Under the pieces are notes generated by a model. That model saw only the letters and a list, made by a program, of their open reading frames with translations. It was not told the DNA's origin and ran no database searches. Below, piece after piece: positions 1-12,259 of a DNA stretch of 64,000 bases. The stretch's first letter is position 1; each line of letters opens with the position of its first letter. Both the position numbers and the translations under genes were made by a program. This stretch comes from Octopus sinensis (taxonomy: Eukaryota): positions 40,176,001-40,240,000 of the forward strand of contig NC_042999.1 of NCBI RefSeq assembly GCF_006345805.1. The letters are read 5' to 3'.

Positions 1-218
1 ATCCAGAAGACATAGAAATCCTTGCTTCGGATCGAGCTGGATGGCGAACAAAGTGAGGATTAGAGAGAAAGCGTTTTAAGATGCCAGGATAACGCATGCA
101 AGACTCAGAAGGAAATTAAGGAAAAATGTTACGATCGAGAAACACAATGAGCTTTTTTGTGTGCACAGTTTGTAACAGACTATGTCGTACTTTTGCTGCG
201 CTCAAATATCATTTATGA
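1..218 (+). mobile_element. 3' end of a decayed RTE-clade LINE
   Basis: Frame from nt 3 reads PEDIEILASDRAGWRTK (RTE C-terminal 'LAxDRxxWR' motif); 156-218 reads FVCTVCNRLCRTFAALKYHL*, resembling the terminal zinc finger of RTE ORFs. Confidence 0.6.
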
Positions 219-494
219 ACTCTTGGAAAACGAACCTCCACCAACTATTCTGCCTATATTTCTATGTACACCTTTGAATGCTAAGTATGTCAGAAGGGTT
301 GCGAATCTAACGGAGGCCTCAAAAGACATATTAAGATCCACAAATAATAGAACTAATCTGCAGATCTTGAAGGTCCAAATCGGATATGCCATGCATGTCG
401 GTGATTTTTCAGTACTTTATCTGATTTAAAAAGCCACATCAGATGCCCTGATGGTTCCAAGGCATAGGTACAGGAGGTGGTCAAAATCTGCATA

Positions 495-655
495 CGGAGT
501 AGCCAACCACCATATATACGACGCGCTTCTTTCGGTTTACGTCCACCAAATCCCCTCAGAAGGCTTTGGTCTACCTGAGGCTGTAGCAGAAGTCACTTAG
601 CCAAGGCGCTAAGCACTGGGACTGAGCCCGGAGAGTGTGAACACAGACAAAAGCC
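495..655 (-). mobile_element. SINE family A, degraded 5' half
   Basis: Diverged match to the reverse complement of the family A head seen intact at 8927-9080 (cttctttcggtttacgtccaccaaatcc...gggactgagcccgg). Confidence 0.7.
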
Positions 656-804
656 ACTTTATTTATATAACAGTCACGTACGGACGTTTCAATTTCTCAC
701 CATCGTTTATATTTTACAATTAAAATTGAAATATGATATTAAGAGGTAAAAATCCCTTCAGCGCATATTTGATATGTATTTATTTTCATCCTGAACGATG
801 GCAA

Positions 805-1385
<581 letters not shown>

Positions 1386-2249
1386 AATTCGTACGTGTGA
1401 TTACGTGTACATGTGTAGAAACCATATATCCAAGTCGAAGCTAGACAATAATTAATTACAAATTTTTTCACTAGAATGCATCAGTAATATCTTGATTGAT
1501 AACACACATGTCTAGATATTTTGACGAATTTCATCTCCCTTGCATCCAGTGAAATCTAGCATAGATAATAAAAGACGAGAGAAATGACAAGAAGGAAAGT
1601 AGTCGTGTAGGACATAATAAATTGCAGTCTAGATGCTGATAGAAATTGTATATTTGGAAGGTTAAACTGATAACAAATAGATTTAGCAGCATGCAAGTAA
1701 CAAGAATGATGTCCCAATTCAACTCCAGTAATTGTTAGTCGCCATTTCAAAATAATTAATGCTTCATAGACAAATATACAGAGAGGAAGAGGTACTGTTC
1801 TATTGTAATAAATTCTGGCCTGTTACCAAACAGTCTTCTACTATCCGTATTCTCTGTTCATTCTTATGCTGGTTTTAATGTAATTTCAATTTTCTTTCTT
1901 ATGTGATCGTGTTGAACTCTTCGAATTAATATATTTTCGAGCATTATCTCTGAAGGAAAGTAAAACGAATACACCGATACAAAAGCTTTAGCATAAATAA
2001 CAATGACCTTGCTAATAATAACGATAACAACAGCAAGAACAGCACCGACAACAACAACAACAATAATGATAATGATAAAAATACAAATTAATGCAGATCT
2101 CTTACCCTTAAGAAACAACGTTACGAGCCATGTTTACATGCAAAGAACACGGAGGCGGTTTTGTCTCTCAAAAGCAATATGCAAAATACAAACCGGATTA
2201 ATTGTCACCTGGAACACCGAGGACCACGATCTCAAATAATGAACCAGAT

Positions 2250-4640
2250 TCGAAGCGAAAAATAAGCTACTGGTTCAAATCTCCCCTGAACCCAGGAGCT
2301 GGAATTACCCCACAACCGGAATATTCCAATAGATGTCCATCCATACTCGTCATCAAATAATAAACGAAACAGAATGAAAAATTGTCTAATGAAGTTCTTA
2401 CGGCATTCTATCGTACCATGTATTTTCCCACAAATATATCTAATACTGTACAAAGCTACTTAAACTGGAGACAGAAGCACCTTGAAGTAAGACCCTAAAT
2501 AGACAGTAACAAACTGACCAACGTCATAAGAAATATTATGAAAAGGAAATAATTACCTGAATTAGAGATTGACCAAATTAAACAATCAGTAAGGGATAAA
2601 AGGATGAAAGCTACAGCTAAAGAAGATACTACAGAGGAAATATTTATGGACCAGCGCAGGGCTGATGAAAATGCAATAACGACTGAATGAGTTAATGTAA
2701 CTGATAAGTAGAGGGAAATACTCTCTGAACCAACCATAATCACTAAGACAAATGAAAAACAAATAATTGAAGAAAGTCAGACAGAAATTGACCCAACAGA
2801 ACAAGATGATCTAAAAAAAATCAAATAATGATTGAATGGCTGAAAATTAAGGAAACCAGTATGAATGAACGCGACACTCTCCCAAAAATTTGCACTTCTA
2901 ACCAAAATCTGAATATAATTGGTAAAATACGACTTGCAATCAAGGATATAATTTCAGCTAATGACGTTGATATTACAGATCTCAACCACCTGTATTATAC
3001 ATCCGCGAAAATCTCAACGATACCATATGGTGAAAAGATAACTCAAAAAATGTTTTGAGGAAGATGGGGAAAATAACAGTTACAGTAACGTTTGTCCTAT
3101 CAAATGAAGTGCAGGAATTTTGGGAATAAAAGTTGTTGTTGTTGTTATTGAACTAGGTTTCTGGTAGATTATCAGAAATCATCAAAATAATTTACAACAC
3201 ACTTAACTTTTCGTGATCTAGAAAGAATACGGAGACATTTAGAAAATTAAAGTTCTTTATAGAAAGCAATGAGTTTATGGGATGCCGAATGGAATCATTG
3301 TCAAAGGTGAAAATATGAACGAAAATATTTCAAAGAGGCCCTCTTTCCCTCTTACCATATATAATTGCATTTACTTATCAGTCAAAAGCATTGAGAAGTT
3401 TCATACCTTCTTATGAATTTGCAAAGAACAAGGAGAAAGATATATCACCTGCCGTATACAGATTACCTCAACACACACACCAAAACTTCAAAAGAGCTGG
3501 AGTCTCTGATCCAAACAGTAATTATATTTAACAATATTTGTCCACAGTCTAAGTGAATGAATGTGCAATTTTAATTACGAAGATACGGAGAAAGGTTAAA
3601 TCTGATAGTATTAAAGTACCATTCGACTGTTTGGACTGTTTGGAGATATTAAACGATGATAAGGTAAAGGAAAGAGAAAAGATAATATTTTACAGAAGTA
3701 TTAGGAACCTATTCCAAGCAAAATTAAACATTAAAACGTTAGTCAATATATAACATGCCATAAGTGAAATAATTTGCTCATTTGCGAAAATGGTCAGGGA
3801 CACAGCTACAGTTATTAGAGAGAACTAGAAAGATACATTGCATAGAGTGCGCAACATTAAAAGTAATTTTGACAGGATAGTGGGTTAAAAAAAGACAGAA
3901 GCTTGTTAAATACAAAAGACATTATCAGTATTCGAATAATATGTTTGCAAAACAATGTAGTGTATTGTGATGGAAAGCTATTTTCTCCCTGTTCTCTGCA
4001 AAGTATTACTGAAGCAGTGAGTAAATCCAATAACAAAATTAAAATGATGGACCAACTAAAAGAAAAAAAATAAAGAAATACATGACCAGTTCAAGTAACA
4101 CATTGAGAATATCCTAAGTGAAAGTGATTACAGCCAATCAGAAACGACCCAATATAATGAATTTTGCAAAAGCAAACGATGATAAAACACGTTCAGAAAG
4201 CAAATGCATGATACGTGAAAATTATACTAAATTATTAACTGTCTCCTAAAGGAATTCAGTAAAGTACCACAAAAGAGTAAAAGTGCAGCCACAACTGTGT
4301 CGGTAAAAGAATGCGTTGGGATGTTCGCCAAGGGATAGAACAATGGTGTGAACAAGATCCGGAGAATAATGAAAATTGATAGTTAATGGATGGTATGAGA
4401 TTTCATCATGGAAACTAATCATTCCATTGATGTAAAGAGATTTGCTCGTAGGTGACAGAAGACAGAAAAAGGTCGTAATGTTTGTAATATTATATTATAC
4501 TAGTAGAGATATATATCAATGAAAATAGTAGAAATTAGAAATACTTCAAACCGCTCAGAGATCGGAAGAGATTGAGGAAGACAGAGGTAAAAATTGTTCC
4601 TGTGGTAACTGCTGCAACTTGCGCATTACCAGTATTCCTG
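2250..4640 (+). mobile_element. Old R4/Dong-type (REL endonuclease) LINE remnant, fragmented
   Basis: N-terminal piece LPELEIDQIKQSV (~2555); RT remnant ELESLIQTV and ECAILI (~3500-3570); REL-domain remnant ending VKIVPVVTAA (~4590-4620). Many stops and frameshifts. Confidence 0.65.
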
Positions 4641-5337
4641 CTACACGTCTTATTTTTTTTTATCTCTTGGCCCTTTTTTACAAAATAGTGCAGACGTCTG
4701 CTGCTCTCCATCAACTTCGCTTTTGTTGCCAGCCTTGTAAGTAGATAAGACTCGTGTTACTCTGAGCGAGTGCTTATTTGCCATTTGTATCTACGTGTGG
4801 CTGAGTAGTGGGATTGTGTTATTTCATGGCTCGCTACTGCAAATGAAAAAAGCACCTACATTTACCGGTAGAGAATGTAATGTTGAAATTACTTTTGATC
4901 TTCATGATAATTGAGTATGGAACGCGTTTAGTTAACTTTTCCTTCTACATCTGTAACAGCTGGACCGTTTGCCTTTCAGACATAGTTTTAACATCTTCCT
5001 CTTTGCACACTTGACAGCGCCCAGTTCTGGTAGTGTTTCAAGTGTTGCCGTGTTATTAGAATATATATATCAAAAGACCGTACACGACCATATAACACTA
5101 AATGTTACATCTACATTTACCACTTGCCGTATAGTTCCAGGGCCCGACGTTACCAGCCATATCCCTTCTCTTTCTCCAAAGACACAGAACAAGCATAGTT
5201 AGATGTGTCACGTAATGATAGAATTTTAGATTTCGCCCCGTCCTCTATGTTCAAAATGTTTTCCTCTATTAATGAAGGATATTTTACATAAGGTAACTTC
5301 TCTAGCTGTCATAAATTCGAGTGTGGATGAATCATAA

Positions 5338-5520
5338 TATGAGGGGGTTGGGCAAAAGTTCCTTGCTTTGAGTAAAAGAAAATACAGAAGGATCAGATAA
5401 TCATGATTGCATGCAACAAATTCCCCACTCAGTTTCACAAATTTATTGCAGGTTTTTTAAGCCCTGTAAAACCACCGGAAGGTTGGATCCCAAACCAATC
5501 TTTTTGCAACACCCTTAAAG
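5338..5520. mobile_element. Mariner-like terminal fragment
   Basis: Begins tatgagggggttgggcaaaagttccttgctttg, a mariner-style terminus (TA-cgagggg...aaaagtt). No second end found. Confidence 0.5.
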
Positions 5521-5867
5521 ACAGAATATTTCAGTTCCCATTCCTATTCGGTGTATCTTTTGGTAGATCGGCATTTTGTTTTTGGTCTAGCAAGTCGGTA
5601 AACAATTGCTGGACAAATTTTTGTTTCTCCCGGAAAAGTTTAGGTTGAGGGGGTTTTCCCTTTCGACGCAACGCTTGCAAAATAGAGCTTCAGTTTCTCG
5701 TATTTACGCCCGAAGCGGTGCACCTTTACACCTTTACTGTTGACAAGATTTCTACTCCATGTACATAGAATAACCGCTTTCTTTTTACTTTCTTTTTCTT
5801 CAATAATTTCAGCTTGAGAGGTGCAGCCATCTGTAGACACGGCATATTTATTAATATTCTGCACTAT

Positions 5868-6050
5868 ATAAGGTGGCGAGTTGGCAGACGCGTTAGCACA
5901 ACGGGCAAAACACTTAGCAGCATTTCGTTTATCTTTACATTCTGTGGTCGAATTCCACAGATGGCTACTTCTATTTTTTCGGTGTCGATAAAATAAGTAC
6001 CAGTTAAGTACTAGTGTTGGTGTTATCGACTTACCTCTATCTCGAACATC
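5868..6050 (+). mobile_element. SINE family B, old copy
   Basis: aaggtggcgagttggcagacgcgttagcac...aaataagtaccagt matches the family B head and core. Confidence 0.75.
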
Positions 6051-6419
6051 TTAGCCGTGTATCAAGATTTCAGGACTATATTTTGCGTTGCGAGTAAAGC
6101 AGTTTTCCTTTTTGTTGTCTCTGTGTCAAATGCATTATTTTGTTTTCTTTCTGTTTTCCTTCGGGAGACATGGCGTTCATGCTGGGGTTCGGATTTTGCA
6201 TTAGAGGAAAAAAACTTAGTCCCGAAATGACATGATTGATCTTATTTTTAGTTGGCATTTGAAGCAGGCATACTAATCTGAATAGAATATTCTGTACGCT
6301 TAATTTTGGTACAATCTGTTTTTCAACAAGTAACATATTTAACTTCCAAGAGGGATTTATGGAATATGTCTAATTGTTCAAGATTGATTAATTAGAATAA
6401 TGGTTTTAAATTTTGGCAC

Positions 6420-6595
6420 AAGGCCAGCAGTTTCAGGGTAGAGCGTAAGTCGGTTACTTCGACTCGTGTTGAGCTGGTACTTAATTCATCGACCTCGAAA
6501 GCATGGAAGGAAAGTCGACCTTGATGGAATTTGAACTTAGAATGAAAAACAGACGAAATACTGCTTAGCGTTTTGCCTGGTGTTCTAACGTCGCT
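6420..6595 (-). mobile_element. SINE family B, old copy
   Basis: ggcacaaggcc...ctggtacttaattcatcgacctcgaaag...gacgaaatactgcttagc is the reverse complement of family B. Confidence 0.75.
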
Positions 6596-7754
6596 TAGAT
6601 TAAGGCTAAAATTAATGCGACAACATTTTATAAACAAACTTCGAACTGCCGATTGTGGTCGGTATTTTGAAGGCAAGAAGTAAATTCTGAACTCAGTAAC
6701 GCTGTATGAAAAGCAGAGAAACATTGGGTACTTTACCCTCATAAGACTGAAAAGAATGTTGCCAGCAGGTGAACACGTATCCTTCAGATACCGGCTGGGT
6801 GCTCTAACCATTAAGGTAAATTATCCTTGACAACAATTACCGTGAATTTTAGGTCTACATTTTAAAGCTAACTTATATTTTTTGGAATGCGACAACACTT
6901 TATAAACAAACATTGGAAGCATCGAATATGGTTGGAATTTTGCTGACAACAAATAAATTTTGATCGCTAATTTGGCTAATTTTTCCTTCATAAAAGGGTA
7001 AAATATTTTGTTTCGCTGCTGTTCTTACTTTTTTTCTGCGTCCGAAATTTGCTTTCTTGTCAGTAAAATACAGATATTTATATTTCCATTTCAATTTTCA
7101 TAGCTCTCGATTTCATTAACTCTTGTTAATATTCTAAGCGCAGATAGCAACCTGTTTTCAAGGGTCTCATACCGCGATACTTCATACATAAGTAAAAGTC
7201 TCAATATCTTCGATGACCAAGAGAAGTTTTGTAGGCATTTTCACCCCACTTGTAAATCCCAACTTCTCTAAAAAAATTACTGAAACCATCTAGTTAATGA
7301 TCAAAGTTCCCCTATTACTATAATGTACGTATATATGAAATTAAATGAATTGCGTGGAAACAAAGAAAATATGCAATAATGGAATGAAATGCATTAGCTT
7401 GCGGCTATCTCTGCTATAAGATTAAATCCATTCAACAGATCTGAAGAAGCTATAAGGGAATGTCACAACGACTCAGCTCTATGTGCAAAGCATTTTATTG
7501 CAGAAACAGGTGCATTAACATTCATTCGGTAATTTCCAGTTCCTTTGTAATTTATTTCACTTTACATTATGCCTCTGTACCGACTAAGACTTTATTCAGA
7601 AGCACGTGTATACTGAGCTCTAACGCAAGATAATTAGTATCGCCATATCTAAGGTAAATACACACGCAGACAAATACACACACACGAACGTATATATAAA
7701 TATATGTGTGTGTGTGTGTGCGTGTCAGTGTGTGTGTGTGTGTGTGTGAGTATC

Positions 7755-7955
7755 AGTGTGTGTCAGTGTGTGTCTGTTTGTGTGTCTGTGTTTGTCCCTC
7801 TAGCATCGCTTGACAACTGATGCTGGTGTGTTTATGTCCCCGCCACTTAGCTGTCCGGCAAAAGAAACCGATTAAATAAGTACTAAGCTTACAACGAATA
7901 AGTCCCGGGGTCGATTTGCTCGACTGAAATGACTGAAACAAGTAAAAGAGTAACG
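7755..7955 (+). mobile_element. SINE family A, 3' half
   Basis: tgtctgtgtttgtccctctagcatcgcttgacaac...gactgaaacaagtaaaagagta, the same as 9120-9331. Confidence 0.85.
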
Positions 7956-7957
7956 AT

Positions 7958-7999
<42 letters not shown>

Positions 8000-8002
<3 letters not shown>

Positions 8003-8200
8003 GGCAAGTTTACGAAAATAAACAAAAGACGAAGGCTGGTGGAATACAAACAAACAAATGTATTAGAATAGCGCTCAGGAATAGAAAAAGGCTTTTACGT
8101 TTCGAGCCTACGCTCTTCGATAGAAAAATACACAGAAAAAAACAAGGAGTGAAACAAGGAGAGAAAAAAAATGCGTGTAGTAGCAAACGATCTATCATGG
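8000..8200 (-). mobile_element. (TA)n-anchored Penelope-like terminal element with a degenerate hammerhead motif
   Basis: Minus strand 8127-8092 reads UUUU-CUAUCGA-A-GAGC-GUAG-GCUC-GAAACGUA-AAAG; the element's 3' side abuts (TA)n at 7961-7999. Confidence 0.45.
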
Positions 8201-8624
8201 AGATTCCAACTTAGTCTGATTTTCACGTTTTATCATTTCCAATTTTTGCAATTTTAACTATTTTACAATATTGATATAAAATAGTACTTTCATGCATTAT
8301 GCAATCAGAAGGTTTATGTAGTGACAGTCATGTTCCACAACTGGAGCTTGTCGTTCCTCTTTCTGAAGAAAGCCAGATCATCAGCTTTACATTTAGTAGG
8401 TCATCAGGTAGCTTATTAGGCCAAGTAGGTTACTATAGTGGCACCTAATACATGAGTGAGGACCCGGTTGACCGCTTGCTTTCTATATCGGCCTCCAAAC
8501 GGAACATCTCTGTTAATTTATTCCTCTGAATGCATGTAATTCCGAGCAGTCTTGTATATACATATACATATAGATAGATAGAGATAAATATTGATGTGTG
8601 TGTGTGTGCGTGTGCGTATGTGTA

Positions 8625-8910
8625 TGGAGGCACATGGTCTAGTGGTTAGAGGAGCGGACTCGCGGTCGACTGATCGCGGGTTCGACTTTCAGACCGGGTA
8701 TGTGAGTGTTTATGAGCCAAACACCTAAGCTGCACGCGTCTCCTGCAAAAGGTAATGGCGAACTTGTGCTCACTCTTTCGCTACAAACTTCTCTCACCCT
8801 TTCCTCCTGCATCTTGCAGCTCACCTGCGACGGACCGGCGTTCCGTTCAGGTGAGGAATCTATGTGCCAAGGAAACCTGAAAACTGGCCATATGAGAAGG
8901 AACAAACAAC
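8625..8910 (+). mobile_element. tRNA-derived SINE family C (head 1 + tail X)
   Basis: Pol III A-box/B-box-like head (ggtctagtggttagagg...gggttcgactttc); second copy at 38948-39215. Confidence 0.85.
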
Positions 8911-8926
8911 ATATATATATTTACCC

Positions 8927-9331
8927 TGGCTGTGTGGCAAGTAACTCGCTTACCAACCACACGGCTCCGGGTTCAGTCTCAGTGCGTGGCACCTTGGGCA
9001 AATGTCTTCTACTATGGCCTCGGGCCGACCAAAGCCTTGTCAGTGTATTTGGCAGACGGAAACTGAAAGAAGCCTGTCGTATATATATATATATGTATGT
9101 ATGTATATGTCTGTGTTTGTGTGTCTGTGTTTGTCCCCCCAACATCGCTTGACAACCAATGCTGGTATGTTTACGTCCCCGTTACTTAGCGGTTCGGCAA
9201 AAGAAACCGATAGAATAAGTACTAGGCTTACAAAAAATAAGTCCTAGGGTCGATTTGCTCGACTAAAAGGCGGTGCTCCAGCATGGCCGCAGTCAAAAGA
9301 CTGAAACAAGTAAAAGAGAGAGTAAAAGAGT
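8927..9331 (+). mobile_element. tRNA-derived SINE family A, full length with internal (TA)/(TG) tract
   Basis: Head tggctgtgtggcaagt...ccgggttcagtc, central microsatellite, 3' aaaagagta repeats; multiple copies in the window. Confidence 0.9.
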
Positions 9332-9449
9332 ATGTATCTGTAATATATGAATGCGTGTGTATGTGTGTATGTGTGCGCGTGCATATGTGTGGTGTGGATG
9401 ACAGTCATGTACACACACACACACACTCACTTGTAATAAGTAAAAAGAG

Positions 9450-10500
9450 AGTATTTGTGTCTTATATCTGGGGAACTGTCGACAGCAAGTATCTTTAGAC
9501 GGAACCGCGTCTAAAGAAATAAACAAATTTTATGCGTTATAGGTTTTGTGGATAAGAATCGGTTACAACAGTTTATGACCAGTTCTTTTGATTTAAAACG
9601 CTTTCGTATGCCTAGCATGGACGATACAAAATGTTCTGAGATATAAAATATTCCAGTTTGCGGGAAGAACACATAAATGTAAAAATCAAATAACAATCTT
9701 GCTTCCAACCAGTCGATTTTATATTCAGTCGATAGTTCTTGAAATTTATCTATAAAACAAAGACAAATAGTGTAGACATTTTACATAAGAATATTAAACT
9801 GAATCAATAAGTATGCTTGTCTATATATCAATCCAATACTGAAATATTTCAGAACAAAATATTTTCAATGACATAAATATTTTATGAAAAATAAAGACGA
9901 ATGATGTCTACTAGCTGAGAAATATTATATAATATGATTGACATAATTTGCTGTTAGGATGGAATATACTCAACAAAATCAGAAACAAGAAAATTATAAA
10001 AAGAGAAATATATAAAATGTGTAACTTAGTTAAAAATGTGAACTCCGATATTTGACAAAGAGATGGACGATTGTAGGAAATATAAAAATATTCTAGCGGC
10101 CTAAATTTCATGATTTACTTGAGACTCGATCATGCGAAACGGAACCCTCTATGAAAATGACAAGTGTGCTAGAAAAATTAGCAAAATCTGCCACAGATTA
10201 CGCCTACTGTCCAATGAAAGAAAGATGCAGTGAATACTGTTTATGGCTGTCAGATGACAACGTACCTATTATTTTTAATACATACATATATAATACACAC
10301 ACAAACAGACATTTCTACAAATCCAAACGGATATATAGTATATAGTTTTGCACCAGGTGGACTTTCTGAGCACGCTGTTACAAAATATAGGGACACAGAG
10401 AGTGTGTCGTATAGCCAGCTAGAAACGGTGTCTCTTGAGGCTAAAACAAAAGTAGCATCGACAATTGAAGACACTCACATTACGTTGGCAAATAGATTTC
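9450..10500 (+). mobile_element. Very old REL-type LINE 3' half remnant
   Basis: Collinear fragments: LYLG...PVLLI*NAFVCLAWT (cf. YLG...PVLRYSFGIIxWT), ETEPS (cf. ETEGF), Cys cluster YCPMKERCSEYC, TKYRD (cf. REL KYxDL). Weak by-eye similarity. Confidence 0.4.
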
Positions 10501-10505
10501 ATGAC

Positions 10506-11115
10506 GGCGACGAGCTGGCAGAAACCTTAGCACGCCAGGCGAAATGCTTAGCGGCATTTCGTCTGCCTTTACGTTCTGAGTTCAAATTCCGCCGAGGTTG
10601 ACTTTGCCTTCCATCATTTCGAAATCGATAAATTACGTACCAGTTAAGCACTGGGGTCGATGCTTTCGACTTAGTCCCTTTGTCAGTTCTTGTTTGTCCC
10701 CTCCAAGTTTAGTCCCTTGTGAGCAATAAAGAAATAAGAAACGTTAGCACGCCGGGAGAAGTGCTTAGCGGCATTTCGTCTGCCGTTACGTTCTGAGTTC
10801 AAATTCCGCCGAGGTGAACTTTGCCTTTCATCCTTTCGGGATCGATTAAGTAAGTACCAGTTAGCCACTGGGGTCGATATAATCGACTTAATCCGTTTTT
10901 CTGTCCTTGTTTGTCCTCTCTGCGTTTAGCCCCTTGTGAGTAGTAAAGAAATAGGTATTTCTTCTGTCTTTACGTTCTGAAATCAAATTCCGCCGAGGTT
11001 GATTTTTCCTTTCATCCTTTCGGGGTCGATAAGTTAAGTATCAGTTGCGTCCCCACGTCGATCTAATCGACTGGCTCCCTCCGAAAATTTCGGTCCTTGT
11101 ACCTAGAGTAAAAAC
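10506..11115 (+). mobile_element. SINE family B trimer
   Basis: Units 10506-10736, 10737-10953 and 10954-11115 share the core ttctgagttcaaattccgccgagg...aagtaccagtt; the last unit has the alternative tail. Confidence 0.9.
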
Positions 11116-11141
11116 GAAATAGCTTATATATATATATATAC

Positions 11142-11305
11142 CAGAGTAAGCACATAAAAGAAAACAAAAGTTGGAAAAAAATTAGTACTCGAAAACCAGA
11201 GGTGGAGTAATATAATTTATTAAAAAGCAGCAAAAATATCACAAAAAATTGTTACACAGAGTTTCACGTTCCCGTTCGTCGGGCGGTTTTGTTTATAATG
11301 GAACA
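11142..11305 (-). mobile_element. (TA)n-anchored Penelope-like terminal element with a hammerhead-like core
   Basis: Minus strand 11282-11259 reads CCGACGA-ACG-GGAA-CGU-GAAA-CUC; abuts (TA)n at 11126-11141. Confidence 0.4.
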
Positions 11306-11554
11306 AAAATATGGTTATAAGCAAACATACACATATATGCACGTACATACAAATACATACACATATATGTGAAAACATACACATGCATACCAATTCATGC
11401 ATATACATACACATACATTCCTACAATACGTACACATAAATATATAGGGAATATCTACATCAATTTTCCCTCCAAAATTTTACCATGCGTATTACAAAAA
11501 AAAGTTCCTTAGAGATAGAACAATGGGTTGTCATGAGAGAGTGAAAATTTCAAT

Positions 11555-12194
11555 TAGTAGTATAATAAGAGTAAATAATAGCTATAATGTTTTTTTTTTT
11601 AAAAACCAACAATTATTTATGGGTAGATTTCGGCATGTAAATATAACCATTAACGGTAGGAACTTTTATAAAAGTTCAATATATAATTTTTTTGTATATA
11701 AATAAAAAATGCGGATTCAATCTTCTATATAGATTTGGAATTTGCTTGCTTTTTTTCCACTATTCCGACGTCGCTTGCTCGGGATGTAGAGGCACGTAGA
11801 ATTTGAAAAATATATTTAAGTGGAGGGATACGCTGATGAAAGGCATAGAGTTTATATCCCTAATCTAAAAACGCGTTCGTAAATAAACATTAGACTTTGC
11901 TTTCTTTATTTCTTCCTTCTGGTTTGCATATGTGAATTACACGGATATGTCGTATGTGGAGTCTCATTTGTAGAAAATAGAAATAAGCAGTCTTTGACTG
12001 CTATTTCTAATTTTTGGGGTATGTGGCTAAGCAACCTGTTGCCTGCCTCTTTTATTTATATACAAAAATATATATTGAACTTTTATAAAAGTTCCTATCG
12101 TTAATGGTTATATTTACATGCCGAAATCTACCAGTAAATAATTGTTGTTTATTTAAAAAACCATTAAAGCTATTATTTACTCTTATTATATTAC

Positions 12195-12196
<2 letters not shown>
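11555..12196. mobile_element. MITE-like element with ~150-bp terminal inverted repeats
   Basis: 11555-11707 and 12050-12196 are reverse complements (the ORF track shows near-identical peptides on opposite strands); TA at both ends; non-coding interior. Confidence 0.85.

Positions 12197-12259
<63 letters not shown>

Larger units (their letters stand above)
5540..7300 (-). mobile_element. Very old R4/Dong-like RT remnant(s) interrupted by SINEs
   Basis: Minus-strand readings are collinear with Dong RT: KFQPYSMLPMFVYKVLSH and PSKYRP (cf. NYRPITCLxxxYK), KNKINH (cf. KINHLLYMDD), YAVSTDGCTSQAEIIEE..KKKAVIL (cf. YSFGIIxWTxxELxxLDxKTRK). By-eye alignment only. Confidence 0.45.

Noticed and set aside
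4689-4736. 48-nt plus-strand exon-like segment (tag|...CTT|gtaagt, CRRLLLSINFAFVASL)
   Set aside because: Isolated, next to a LINE remnant, no partner exons; GTAAGT is expected many times by chance in 64 kb.
5815-5850. YAVSTDGCTS resembling the hAT transposase 'TDxWTS' motif
   Set aside because: Following residues do not fit hAT; the context fits the post-RT region of a Dong-like LINE better.
8625-9010. tRNA-like sequences with A/B boxes (also at other SINE heads)
   Set aside because: They run into SINE bodies, lack a full cloverleaf and occur as dispersed diverged copies; not tRNA genes.
10506-11115. Regularly repeated units resembling a CRISPR array
   Set aside because: Units are ~200 bp SINE cores with no unique spacers, in eukaryotic DNA with no cas genes.
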